Of a stretch of DNA of 44,227 nucleotides, positions 12,501 to 24,296 are shown piece by piece. The notes beneath the pieces are model-generated. The model saw only the letters and a program-made list of their open reading frames with translations. It made no database searches and was not told the origin of the DNA. Where the stretch lies: positions 35,661,525 to 35,705,751 of the forward strand of contig NC_068997.1 of assembly GCF_001194135.2 (NCBI RefSeq), given 5' to 3'. How positions within the stretch are numbered: the stretch's first letter is position 1; every line of letters begins with the position of its first letter. The stretch comes from Octopus bimaculoides (Eukaryota). Both the position numbers and the translations under genes were made by a program.

Positions 12501-13487
12501 GCAAAGTTCAGGGAGCTCCTACTTCTGCTGGCAACTAAGGGCCTCTCGCTCAGAGTGAAAGGTAGACTGTATGATGCATGTGTGCGAACTTCCATGCTAC
12601 ATGGTAGTGAAACATGGGCCGTGAATGCTGAGAACATGCATAGGCTTGAAAGAAATGAAGCTAGCATGATCCGCTGGATGTCTAATGTCAGTGTGCATAT
12701 ATAACAGAGTGTAAGTGCCCTAAGAGAAAAGTTGGACATAAGAAGCATCAAATGTGGTGTGCAAGAGAGGTGACTGCACTGGTATGTCCATGTGTTACAT
12801 ATGAATGAAGACAGCTGTGTGAGGAAGTGCCACTCCCTAACTGTAGAAGGAACCTGTGGAAGAGGTAGACCCAAGAAGACATGAGATGAGGTGGTGAAAT
12901 ATGACCTTGAAACATTGGGCCTCACAGAGGCAATGACAGGAGACCGGGACCTTTGGAGATATGCTGTGATTGAGAAGACCCGACAACTAAAGTGAGATCG
13001 CAGCCATGCATGTCCAACCCTGTTAAGAATATGCCTGATGCGTCAGGCAATATGATATGCTTGAGAAGACCTGTTGAGTCTAGACCTTTTAGTCTAGCCA
13101 TATAATCAGCAGGTTTCAACAGTGCTGTTTCATTTCCCTAAGGAAGCGAAATGGTCAGGACAAGTGTTCATATATGGTAGTCAACTGAGGAAATATTTGG
13201 TGATGAGGAGCTGTTTAGCACAGCCCCAAACTGGCTCCTGTGCTGGTGGCATGTAAAAAGCACCATCCAAATGTGATCGTTGCCAGGCCCACCCGACTGG
13301 CTCCTGTGCTGGTGGCACGTAAAAAGCACCCACTACACTCTTGGAGTGGTTGGCGTTAGGAAGGGCAACCAGCTGTAGAAACTTTGCCAGATCAGATTGG
13401 AGCCTGGTGCATCCACTGGCTCTCCAGACCTCAGACAAACCGTCCAACCCATGCCAGCATGGAAAATGGAAGTTAACCGATGATGAT
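9580..13487 (+). mobile_element. Near full-length degenerate RTE-clade LINE (5' UTR, APE endonuclease, RT with Cys-rich finger, 3' UTR, GAT tail)
   Basis: APE motifs TLNVG, ISAYAPQ, DFNGHV and HRLVISD. RT motifs GIKLLDQ, DLEKAFD, LYADD and YLGDQ. The 3' UTR ends in gatgatgat. Many stops and frameshifts. Confidence 0.93.
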
Positions 13488-14341
13488 CAATAAGTATCCA
13501 GACTGTTGCCATAGTAACAAAGCTAAAGTATGTAGAGTGAAGCTGCTTGACACAGATTGACCTTGAACTCTGCTGTGGATGCGCATTAAGTTTTAACGTT
13601 CTAGATTACTTATGCTATTTACAGCAGTGCTTGGAAGGAAGGTGTGTAACGTGTGATTGTTGCATTGACCATGACAGAGGAAGTTGTCATGGTGATATCT
13701 TCTCAGAAGTTTAAGCGAAGTTACAAAAAGTGTATGGAAAGGAGTGTATGAGTGGTTGAGACGTTTCCAAGATGGCCAAAAAAATGTCAATAGTGACGAG
13801 TGTTCTGGGAGACCGACAACCAGCAGAACTGAGAAAAATATCACAGATGTGATTGCAAGTATGAAGGGAAATTGTCATATCACACTCCGTGAGTTATCAG
13901 AAGATGTGCAGATTACTTATGGTTCAGTTCAGTTCATCATCACTGAAGATTTGAGTATGAGATGCATGTCTACCAAGTTTATGCCAAAACTGCTTTCAGG
14001 TGACCAAGAAGACACTTTCAGTTGTACAAGGTCTCCATGATTGTGTTAAGAATAATGAAAACTTTTTGAAAGCTTTGTATAAGCTTCTAAGCAGGTATCG
14101 CCAAACTTTTGGCAAAATTTGATGCAGATTCTCTGCTCAACTTTCTCTGTCACAGTCAATGCGATGATGACACGCTACACACCTTCCTTCCAAGCACTGC
14201 TGTAAATAGCAGAAGTTAGCTAGAATGTTAAACCTTAATGCACATGCACAGCAGAATTCAAGGTCAATCAGTGTCAAGTGGCTTCACACCGTGTGCTTTA
14301 GCTTTGTTACTATGGCAACAGTCTGGATATTTATTGATCAT
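13484..14341 (+). mobile_element. Internally deleted mariner built from two inverted 5' ends
   Basis: About 200 bp of inverted repeat (tgatcaataa-tatccagactgttgccatagtaacaaagctaaag...). ORF 13744-14040 reads YEWLRRFQDG..SGRPTT..KFMPKLL, the mariner HTH and WVP-like linker. Confidence 0.88.
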
Positions 14342-14344
14342 ACC

Positions 14345-14375
<31 letters not shown>

Positions 14376-14384
14376 AGCACACAT

Positions 14385-15240
14385 GAGGCATGCCGAAAAG
14401 TAATTTCAGGTAATGAGTTCCAGTCAACATAAAATATATCACAAATACATTTATTTAAAAAAAATATAATTGCTATCATAGCTTTCTCATTCCTCATACA
14501 TCAAAATTAAGTTCTTTAGAAGACAAAAATGCTTGGAGTGCTGTTTGAACATTGCCCTTCCTTCTAAATGTTTTTCCATGGGTAAAGCATTCAAGTGACA
14601 TAAATAAGTGAATATCTGATGGTGTTAGGTCTGGTGAGTAGGGAGGGTGAGGTAGAGTTTTCAACCTAATGAATTTAACTTTACTTGGGTTATCTTCACA
14701 GGATGTAGCCTTGCATTATCATGTTGCATGATAACTCCTTTTCTAATGACTAGAGCTGGTTGTATCTTGAGCAAAACTTGACTGACAAATTCAAGTACCT
14801 GACAATAAAATGCTGGAATGATGCTTTATTCTTGTTCCAATAATTTGAAGTGAACAAGACCTGATGTATTCTACCAAACACATAGCAATATCTTTTTTGT
14901 GGGTAGATCTGGTTTCAGTGTTGAAACTGGATTTTCATTTAGTGATACCAACTACTTCCTATGTTTATTGTGGTACAGACTTTTCATTTTTCATCACCTT
15001 TAAAATTTGATTAACAAAAGGTATTTAATTCCTGATTGCAAATTATTGCAAGTTACTGAACGCACTGCTTTATTCTCAGAAGAAAGATCTTGAGGCACCC
15101 ACTTCTCTTCTCAATACACTGTCCCAATCTGCTGAAGATTATCTTGTATGGTGGACTGATGTTTATTAAGCCTCCAGGATATGTCCTTGATACTTTAATA
15201 CAAATCCTCTTCCAAAGCTATTTGTTTGGAAATACATTAC
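14385..15240 (-). mobile_element. Degenerate mariner (DD34D-type) transposase relic
   Basis: Minus strand reads WVPQDL, GDEK, KKILLCVW, QHDNARLH and LPHPPYSPDLTPSDIHLF. Confidence 0.82.
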
Positions 15241-15246
15241 ATTTCA

Positions 15247-16570
15247 GTAACGCCAACCACTCAGAGAGTGTAATGGGTGCTTTTACGTGTCACCTGCACG
15301 AATGCCAGTCAGGCGGTACTGGCAACGGCCACGCTCAAAATGGTGTATTTTATGTGCCGCCCGCACAAGAGCCAGTCCAGGAGCACTGGCAACGATCTCG
15401 CTTGAAAATACTACGAAAGCCAGTCAGGCGGTACTGGCAACGGCCACGCTCAAAATGGTGTATTTTATGTGCCACCCACACAAGAGCCAGTCCAGGGGCA
15501 CTGGCAACGATCTCGCNNNNNNNNNNNNNNNNNNNNNNNNNNNNNNNNNNNNNNNNNNNNNNNNNNNNNNNNNNNNNNNNNNNNNNNNNNNNNNNNNNNN
15601 NNNNNNNNNNNNNNNNNNNNNNNNNNNNNNNNNNNNNNNNNNNNNNNNNNNNNNNNNNNNNNNNNNNNNNNNNNNNNNNNNNNNNNNNNNNNNNNNNNNN
15701 NNNNNNNNNNNNNNNNNNNNNNNNNNNNNNNNNNNNNNNNNNNNNNNNNNNNNNNNNNNNNNNNNNNNNNNNNNNNNNNNNNNNNNNNNNNNNNNNNNNN
15801 NNNNNNNNNNNNNNNNNNNNNNNNNNNNNNNNNNNNNNNNNNNNNNNNNNNNNNNNNNNNNNNNNNNNNNNNNNNNNNNNNNNNNNNNNNNNNNNNNNNN
15901 NNNNNNNNNNNNNNNNNNNNNNNNNNNNNNNNNNNNNNNNNNNNNNNNNNNNNNNNNNNNNNNNNNNNNNNNNNNNNNNNNNNNNNNNNNNNNNNNNNNN
16001 NNNNNNNNNNNNNNNNNNNNNNNNNNNNNNNNNNNNNNNNNNNNNNNNNNNNNNNNNNNNNNNNNNNNNNNNNNNNNNNNNNNNNNNNNNNNNNNNNNNN
16101 NNNNNNNNNNNNNNNNNNNNNNNNNNNNNNNNNNNNNNNNNNNNNNNNNNNNNNNNNNNNNNNNNNNACTCTGTCGGGTATGCACACTGACATTACACAT
16201 CCAGCGGAGCATACTGGCTTCATTCCTTGCGAGCTTACGCATGTCCTCAGCAGTCACAGCCCATGTTTCACTGCCATGAAGCATGGCTGTTCGTACGCAT
16301 GCGTCATACAGTCTGCCTTTTACTCTGAGTGAGAGTCCCTTTGTCGCCAGCAGAGGTAAGAGCTCTCTGAACTTTGCCCAAGCTATTCTTATTCTAGCAG
16401 CTACACTTTCAGCGCACACACCCCCACTACTAACTTGGTCACCCAGATAGCAGAAGCTATCAACTACGTCTAGTTTTTCTCCCTGGAATGAGACAGAGGT
16501 TGTTTCCTGTTTGTTTACAGTGTTTATTGCACCTGAACAGCTGCCACCACAATTACCAAATGGCAATTGA
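15247..16570 (-). mobile_element. RTE-clade LINE 3' fragment (spans the N gap 15517-16167)
   Basis: Minus strand reads FQGEKLDVVDSFCYLGDQV..TAMLHGSETW. The repetitive family 3' UTR lies at 15247-15516. Confidence 0.9.
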
Positions 16571-16680
16571 GTAGGGAAGATAATCTCAAGAATTCTCTAT
16601 GTAAGTGGGGTGTGTGTGTATTTATATAACGCACATGCATACATAGTCACACAAACGAAAAAGAAAATGTGAGCATATAC

Positions 16681-16966
16681 CTTTGACATTTGATGGATTT
16701 CGTGTTGCTTTTTAGGCTTTACATGTTTCCGATAGTATGCATCCAATGATACATACTGACCTCCACTGCACTTGATGTCTGAAATAATTGTAGGGTCATC
16801 AGTCACATGATACATTGTAGGCAGGTGAGCTGATATTTTCTGATATGTATTTGAAGTAAGGGCTTCAAGTACATAACTAAGTCCTTTATCTGATGCGATA
16901 GTCCTTTTCAATGACAAACTTTGGATGCATGAACGACAGGCCAAGAGAGACAAAGGTAATATTATC
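16681..16966 (-). CDS. METTL25B: Internal coding exon of a METTL25B/RRNAD1-like methyltransferase
   Basis: Acceptor ttttttgttttcaacAG and donor AAG|GTATAT. 286 nt, phase 2 to phase 0. Translates IILPLSLLACRSCIQSLSLKR...YYRKHVKPKKQHEIHQMSK, matching human METTL25B VWPLTLLALK..ALAFTR...FRKHVRPKKQHEIRRLGE as recalled from memory. Confidence 0.9.
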
Positions 16967-19900
16967 CTGTTGAAAACAAAAAAAGTTTTGTATTAGTACA
17001 TTATGTTATAAATGTACTTGTGAATAAAAGTAATACAAAGAAACAACCAACATCTTTATAATAATAAGTGAATTTTGTCATCAACTTATATTAATAAATC
17101 TTTTTTTAACTGTAAGAAGTGTTTTTACAAAGAGTGAAAGGAAACTCAAATGTGTTGAGTTACAGATGTTTGTTTTATTGACATATTGAGATACTGATGT
17201 ATGTTTTATTGAGCTATGTGTGATGTAAGAAAGCATGATTTCAAAAACTTCCTCTAACTCATTAAATTATAATCCACTTTTCTATATTGGCATATATATA
17301 TAGGACAAGAGTCCTCATTCTATGCTAGCTTGCATTATCTCATGTTGAGGAGTGTATCTCTAGGTTTAATCTTTTTAGCTGATCCCAAGTTTTCATATCT
17401 TAATATTGCACTGTGTACTTTCTGCTACCCTCTAGCAGCCACAAGTTCTCACTGAACATATAATATCCATTCATACATCACCATACCAGAACAGATGTAC
17501 ATCTTACAAAGAAAGTTACCATAAATAATACAAATCACTTTTTTTTAATTCATATACCAATTGATGTTATTATAATGATGTAACATGATACATAGATATC
17601 CAATGATTTATGAGAGACTGAAGGACGTGCACAAAAAGGAATAGCAAGGAACAATATTAGGCTGTGAGGCTGGAAACGAGCCATGTAAGCCTGGAGAATT
17701 AAGCAACCATTGAATGAGGAGTCATTTACAGTAAAAATGCAGTCTATAAGCAGGTATCACTATGAATTTTCGAAAATATTTAAATGTAATTTCTACTGTA
17801 CATTTTCATGGAGAACATCCAAAAAGAAACATTCTGATACTTCATTTATGAAATTTGGATTAATATTATTGAAAATATGACAATTTGAATAGGCCATGTC
17901 TTGCCTAATTGGCCTAAATGAATAATTCACTGAGGTGACAATTATCTTCAATTGCACAAATTAATAGCGACATGGTATAATAGTTGCCCATTTTTTTTCA
18001 GGTTTTTGGAAAGTAGACAATTTTTTGGCAATTTAAAAAATATTTATATAAAGCCTATCTTGTTACATGTAAGAAACAGTTGATTTTGAGATGTTTTCAG
18101 ACCTAGTTAAACCACAAAGTACAAGCCACAGGCATTTGGGTTTTGGCACATTTGTAGTAGGTATGGAGATAAATAAATGAGATTTTGGGACATGACACCA
18201 TTTCAAAACTTTTTTTAATGATCTATTAAAAATGGCTATAAATGGCAGAATTGTGGATCAGGATACCCACATAGGTTGCATTTTCTCTGTTTTGACAAGG
18301 ATTTTCCCAATTTTTTTTCATTACAACCTTGAGAATGTTGGGGCTAAGGCTTTTATGAAAAAAATCTTGGAAAATTTATGATCCTCACCTCCTTCCTGCC
18401 ATATCTCCAGACTGATTTTGACCAATTTTTTTACACTATGCACTTAAAAATGATGGGAGAAACCTTTCCAGTAAAAAAGGGAAAATTTTGAAACTATTTT
18501 CAAATAAAAAATATGTTTTAAGGGAGATTTAGCTGGTTTTTCTAGCACATCCCATGATCACCAGATATCTTTTTCAGAATTGTATGTAGACCTAGATTAC
18601 AAAACAAACAAAATTTGAAAACCAATTCTTTGCTTTAAGCATTAAAACATAAAATAAAAACATCTGTAACTCATTGGTAGGAGAGAGAGAGAGACAGAAA
18701 GAGAGAGAGAAAACCAAAAGTGAATATGTAAACACTACCACAAATTTTCCAACTGTATTCAAAAGGATATTCCTTGCACAATATAATTTTTATTGTTGAA
18801 ATTTGATCAATATTTTTCTAAGAAAAACAAAATTTACATGTACAAGAATATCTGCTAGGTAAAATTTAGATGTCACTCTCCACATGTAAACACAGTGAGA
18901 GGGAATAAACAACATTCTCAGTATGACAATTCCATACTAATTTTGGTCTCTATAAGACCTGTAGCTCAATTTAGTGCATTTTTTCATAGAAATATATGTT
19001 TATTTAGTAATTAGTTCATCTTTTCTTGAAATTCTGGCTCAAACTTGATATCTAAAGCCTTGAATTCTTGCTCTCGCCATGCATGAATATGCATCAGTGT
19101 ACCAACCTCTTTACTGACTTTGTTCTTTTTCACCATATTGTGGCAAGATTTGGCAATGATCATATTTAATTTGCAAGAAATTATTTTTCCTTATGATACA
19201 AAAATCTTGAAGAAAGTATGTTCACTTTTATATTCCATAATGATTATCTGACCTACCCCCATTGATTTTTTAAATATAAAAATAAGGCAACAAATGTCCT
19301 CTTCATGACTGCATGATATTCAACACAAATTACAGTGTCCCAGTGCCTTGAACTAGAACAAAGGCTACTGTTCAGCAGTCAAAAAAAGACAGGACAAACT
19401 TTATGAATGGGTGAAAATACCAGGGTGATTGAAGGATCCTGGCATGATACGTAGGTGTTGGATTTTGATCAAAACTATACGAGAAGAAGATTCACATCAA
19501 GAACTTTCAAATCTAATATATAAAACAGAGATGTGTGCATATTCGCTTTTCATGTGAAAATGGCTTCACCAATTACTTCCATACTTGTGATGCATGAATA
19601 ATTTAACTTCGGACATATAATAGGGTCTTCATTTGATTTTTTTTTTTTAAATAAAAAATATTGCTTTATATGTATGATTTACTTCTTTAAAAAGGTTTCT
19701 CAATGTCAACTTCAGGTACTGATGTAAAAACGGCAAAGTCTCTCACTCTTTTTTAATGTTCGCTATTTGTAAACAACTACGATAAATTACTGAAAGAAAT
19801 ATTTACGAAGTTTGCAAATTTAAATATTCGGTAGAAGATAGTTTTTAACAAGCTTTTATTTATACAATTTTTTCATTCCATGTTTATCTCATACATTGTT

Positions 19901-20140
19901 TGCAATGTTCAATCTGTTTCTCTCTCTTTCACATATACACACACCAGGTTTGATATCATTCTGAACTTGTGCACTTCGTTAATTTCCATAAAAATTTTTT
20001 ATTCATTTTGTTTTGCACGCCGTGTTCAGTTCTATGTATTTGTAGTTAGTCACACACGTGTTTTTGTATGTATGTTTGTATACATTTATGTATGTGTGTG
20101 TGTGTATGAGTGAAGGGGTATGTTGTCATGTATATATACA

Positions 20141-20333
20141 CAATTCCTGGTGTGACTTTGCTTTGCAATGTCTATTAATAAAGCTCAAGGTCAGTCTTTG
20201 AAATCTACTGGCTTGCTTTTCCATTGGTCACCTTTATTTTGGTTGCTCCAGGGTAGGTAGTTTGCAAGACTTATTCGTCTATGCTCCAAACCAGAAAACA
20301 AAGAATGTTGTTTACCCAGAAGCTCTTACGTAA
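20141..20333 (+). mobile_element. Helitron PIF1-helicase C-terminal fragment
   Basis: Reads QFLV*LCFAMSINKAQGQSL..CFSIGHLYFGCSRVG..LFVYAPNQKTKNVVYPEAL. Confidence 0.85.
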
Positions 20334-20397
20334 TTTCCTTCAACATATGTGGTAGAATTTATCTCCTTTCATAAAAGTGGTAAATTTTGTATTTTTG

Positions 20398-20399
<2 letters not shown>

Positions 20400-20435
<36 letters not shown>

Positions 20436-20450
20436 CATTATTATTTTGTA
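20400..20450. repeat. (ATT)n microsatellite
   Basis: Trinucleotide run. Confidence 0.95.
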
Positions 20451-21391
20451 TTATGAATTCAGAATTGATTTCCCAAATGAAGAATAAATTGAATTTAGAA
20501 TAACAAATTTCTATACAACATATTTTACTTTTTTCTTCCAATATATATAGAAAAATTTCACTCCCAGGCAATGCTGGGTGCTGCTGCTAGTGGTGTATAA
20601 TTTTCCATGGAAAATGTATTTTGAAATGAAAATGATGAAGCAAAAAGGGTGTTTTTGTGTGTTTAAACTTGTCTCCCTTCTACAGCACTCTTTAGTGATA
20701 ACGACTTATACAATATCCTTGAGTCAACCAAAGTCCTGTGAATGGATTTGGTCGACAGAAATGGAAATAAGTGTGTGTGCATGTGCTTCATTATTATTTG
20801 TGTGTGTACATGGATATGTAATCCATATAAATACATGTGATTGTTCACCCAGGCACCTCAAATAGAGGATCACTGGAATATTTCACAAATTTTTTCTGTT
20901 CCTCAGATCGACTGTATCTGGAAAATACACATCAGTTTGCTCTGTCCCTTTTGGGAGAATCCAAGTACTTCTAGGTTTCTATGAAAATCAGTTGTTGATT
21001 TGTTTCTTTTATCATAGGCACACTGGACAAAGTATACCAGTGCACCTATGATAATAAGAACAAGTGAAAATCTGTAGCCTGCTTATAAAAGCAGTAAGTT
21101 TCTCCTCAATTCCCCATAGATGTCCCCAATTTTTGAAGAGTTATTCACATCCACTGGGCAATTGATCTTTACAACAAAGTGTGGCTTTTACTCCCTGTTT
21201 CATACAACCATATTTGGCATGTTATGCTTACAGTCAGGTTGCTGTTTTTATTGGAATGGACTGCCAATATTCTTTACTTTGAAAGGTATGGCTACTCTCC
21301 AATTCTGATGTGCCTTTAGTATGGCTGTTAAAACAATCCTTCTTGTGTATAGTATTGTAAACTGTCTTGGTAACATGATCATGTCTATTAA

Positions 21392-21628
21392 GGCAGCGAG
21401 CTGGCAGAAATGTTAGCACATCGGGCAAAATGTTTAGCAGTATTTTGTCTGTCTTTACGTTCTGAGTTCAAATTCCGCCAAGGTTGACTTTGCCTTTCAT
21501 CCTTTTGGGGTCGATTAAATAAGAACCAGTTACGCACTGGGGTCGATGTAATCAACTTAATCTTTTTGTCTGTCCTTGTTTGTCCCCTCTATGTTTAGCC
21601 CCTTGTGGGCAATAAAGAAATAAGAAAC
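21392..21628 (+). mobile_element. tRNA-derived SINE, complete
   Basis: Head ggcagcgagctggcagaaatgttagc, B box gagttcaaattcc, central gcctttcatccttttggggtcgat (resembles the Meta-SINE domain as recalled) and an A-rich tail. Confidence 0.8.
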
Positions 21629-23955
21629 ATTAGCACGCTGGTTGAAATGCTTAGTAGTATTTCATCTGTTTTTACATTCTGAGTTTGTAGTGAAACCACC
21701 TCTCTCACGGTTATTTATTTACAAATGCGAACGTAGCAGGGAACAACTCTTTCCCGCCTTGCTGTGTCATCACCTGACTGACTTTTATTTTCGCGGCATT
21801 TACCTCCAGTCTGTTCGCGCCAGGACGCAAACCGACCAACCGTAGCCACTAATAAGGTCACGTGAGAGAGTGTTTTTCTGATGCTCTCTGGAGCCTCCTT
21901 GTACCTATAAATAGCCTAAATTATCCGCGCCGATTTGTCGCGGCTACAGATCTTCTAAGATCTGGTCGTAGACCACACAGCACCAACCAACCAGCCAGTT
22001 CCAGCGACATCAACAGCATCGTTCAACTACNNNNNNNNNNNNNNNNNNNNNNNNNNNNNNNNNNNNNNNNNNNNNNNNNNNNNNNNNNNNNNNNNNNNNN
22101 NNNNNNNNNNNNNNNNNNNNNNNNNNNNNNNNNNNNNNNNNNNNNNNNNNNNNNNNNNNNNNNNNNNNNNNNNNNNNNNNNNNNNNNNNNNNNNNNNNNN
22201 NNNNNNNNNNNNNNNNNNNNNNNNNNNNNNNNNNNNNNNNNNNNNNNNNNNNNNNNNNNNNNNNNNNNNNNNNNNNNNNNNNNNNNNNNNNNNNNNNNNN
22301 NNNNNNNNNNNNNNNNNNNNNNNNNNNNNNNNNNNNNNNNNNNTCTGTATCTCTTGCATTCACATACATATATTTGTATACACACTCTTCTGTTTACATG
22401 ACGGCCTGTCTTATATTGTGTTTTAATATGTCGCCTTCACACTCACACACAGACATACAGTTTAATGCTCCAATAAATCTTACTGTTATTCATCTTTATC
22501 GGTTGCATTTCTATCCTTACCTTACTGGCACTCCTTCGCATTTCACATGCGAATTCTCTATGTTATAGTATTATAACATAATATCATTATATTTTGTGTC
22601 GAGCGTGTGACGCGTTAAAAAGGAGCCTGTTTTCCATTCGTCACCATTTCTCCTTTGATTCGCACGGTCATTCTACAAACTGGTGACCCCGACGTGATTC
22701 TGTTCACACAGCTTCACTTAAATGGTGACTAAATGCCAGCGATAGGACCAACCGTTCTTTCAATTTTTTCACTACTATTATTTCCTGTTTCGTCCGTTTG
22801 TCGTTGACAAACCGACTGGTGCGAGGCTAATGTAGTGAAACCACCTCTCTCACTGTTATATATTTACAAATGCGAACGTAGCAGGAAACAACTCTTTCCC
22901 GCCTTGCTGTGTCATCACCTGACTGACTTTTATTTTCCCGGCATTTGCCTCCAGTCCGTTCGCGCCAGGACGCAAACCGACCAACCGTAGCCACTAATAA
23001 GGTCACATGAGAGAGTGTTTTTCTGATGGTTTCTGGAGCCTCCTTGTACCTATAAATAGCCTAAATTATCCGCGCCAATTCGTCGCGGCTTCAGATCCTC
23101 ACAGATCTGGTCGTTGACCACACACGTAACACAGCCAGCCAGTTTCCAGCGACGACATCAACAGCATCGTTCAACTACGTACTACAAGCATCGTCGCCAA
23201 CGTCAACATGATTTCTCCACGTACACAAGCAACTGCAGCTTCTCTTCTCAACCCTGTTTGTGTGAATCGCCTCACCACGAAATTAACAGCCAGAACTCAA
23301 CCTGCGAAGAACATCTATATCAAGAATCTGGCCCGGCATTGAAGCCTCAACTGCACAACAAGTAACTTAGCTCTGCCTCAACCTAAACCTCTTATATACA
23401 GACAATCTAACTACTGTGTACCTTAACAGAACTGGTATATTCTTATCCGTGTTACTGACTCTTATCTATACTCTGTATCTCTTGCATTCACATACATATA
23501 TTTGTACACATACACTATTTTGTTTACATGACGGCCTGTCTTATATTGTGTTTTATTATGTCGCATTCACACTCACACACAGACATACAGTTTAATGCTC
23601 CAATAAATCTTACTGTTATTCATCTTTACCGGTTGCGTCTCTATCTCTTCCTTACTGGCACTTCTTCGCATTTCACATGCGAATTCTCTATGTTATAGTA
23701 TTTTAACATATCTCATATATTTTGTGTCGACCGTGCGACGCGTTAAAAGGAGCCTGTTTTCCATTCGTCACCATTTCTCCTTTGGTTCGCACGGTCGTTC
23801 TACAAGTTCAAATTCCGCCAAGGTTGACTTTGCTTTTCATCCTTTTGGGGTCGATAAATTAAGTACCAGTTGTGTACTGGGTTGATCTAATCAACTGCCC
23901 CCCTCCCCGCTACCCAAAAATTTCAGAGCTTGTGCCTAGAGTGGAAAAGAACATT
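21625..23955 (+). mobile_element. Second SINE of the same family, split at its B box by the miniature LTR element
   Basis: ...ttacattctgAGTT at 21685 continues as AGTTcaaattccgccaaggttgactttgc...tcatccttttggggtcgataaattaagtaccag from 23805. Confidence 0.85.
21686..23804 (+). mobile_element. Non-autonomous miniature LTR retroelement (TRIM-like): LTR1 21686-22677, internal 22678-22830, LTR2 22831-23804
   Basis: Both LTRs run TGTAG...CTACA. PBS TGGTGACCCCGACGTGAT at 22681-22698 is complementary to the tRNA-Trp 3' end. TSD AGTT at 21682-85 and 23805-08. Each LTR has TATAAATA and AATAAA. The PPT is weak (ggtgcgaggctaa). Confidence 0.88.
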
Positions 23956-24296
23956 GTCATATCTCAAAGGCAAGAAGCATGCTGTAGAAGTTTTTGGACA
24001 GTTACCGATGATATGGCCGATATTGTCTATATTGGTATGGTATAATCAAGACTTTCAATCAGAATGTGAAGGCTTAGAGGCGTCCATATCTCTTTTGTTG
24101 ATCAGGTAATTAGTAACTATCTCCTGTTCTTGCATAGCAAAAGCATAGTGTTCTAGATGAGATGTGATGTATTATTGCCAGTCCAAGAGAGGTTACTATT
24201 TCTGTCAATTTTCCTGGCATTCTCCAGTCTACTGTACATGTGACCATGCATATCTTTCTGCTGGTATGATGAATATTTCTCTTAGAAATATTAGTA

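Noticed and set aside
9576-13447. Numerous 60-160 aa antisense or alternate-frame ORFs over LINE copies
   Set aside because: They are shadow frames of degenerate RTE sequence, not independent genes.
20907-20966. Plus-strand pseudo-exon reading DRLYLEN, reminiscent of the METTL25B C-terminal LDRLLYL
   Set aside because: It is on the wrong strand and in the wrong order for the gene, and the match is too short.
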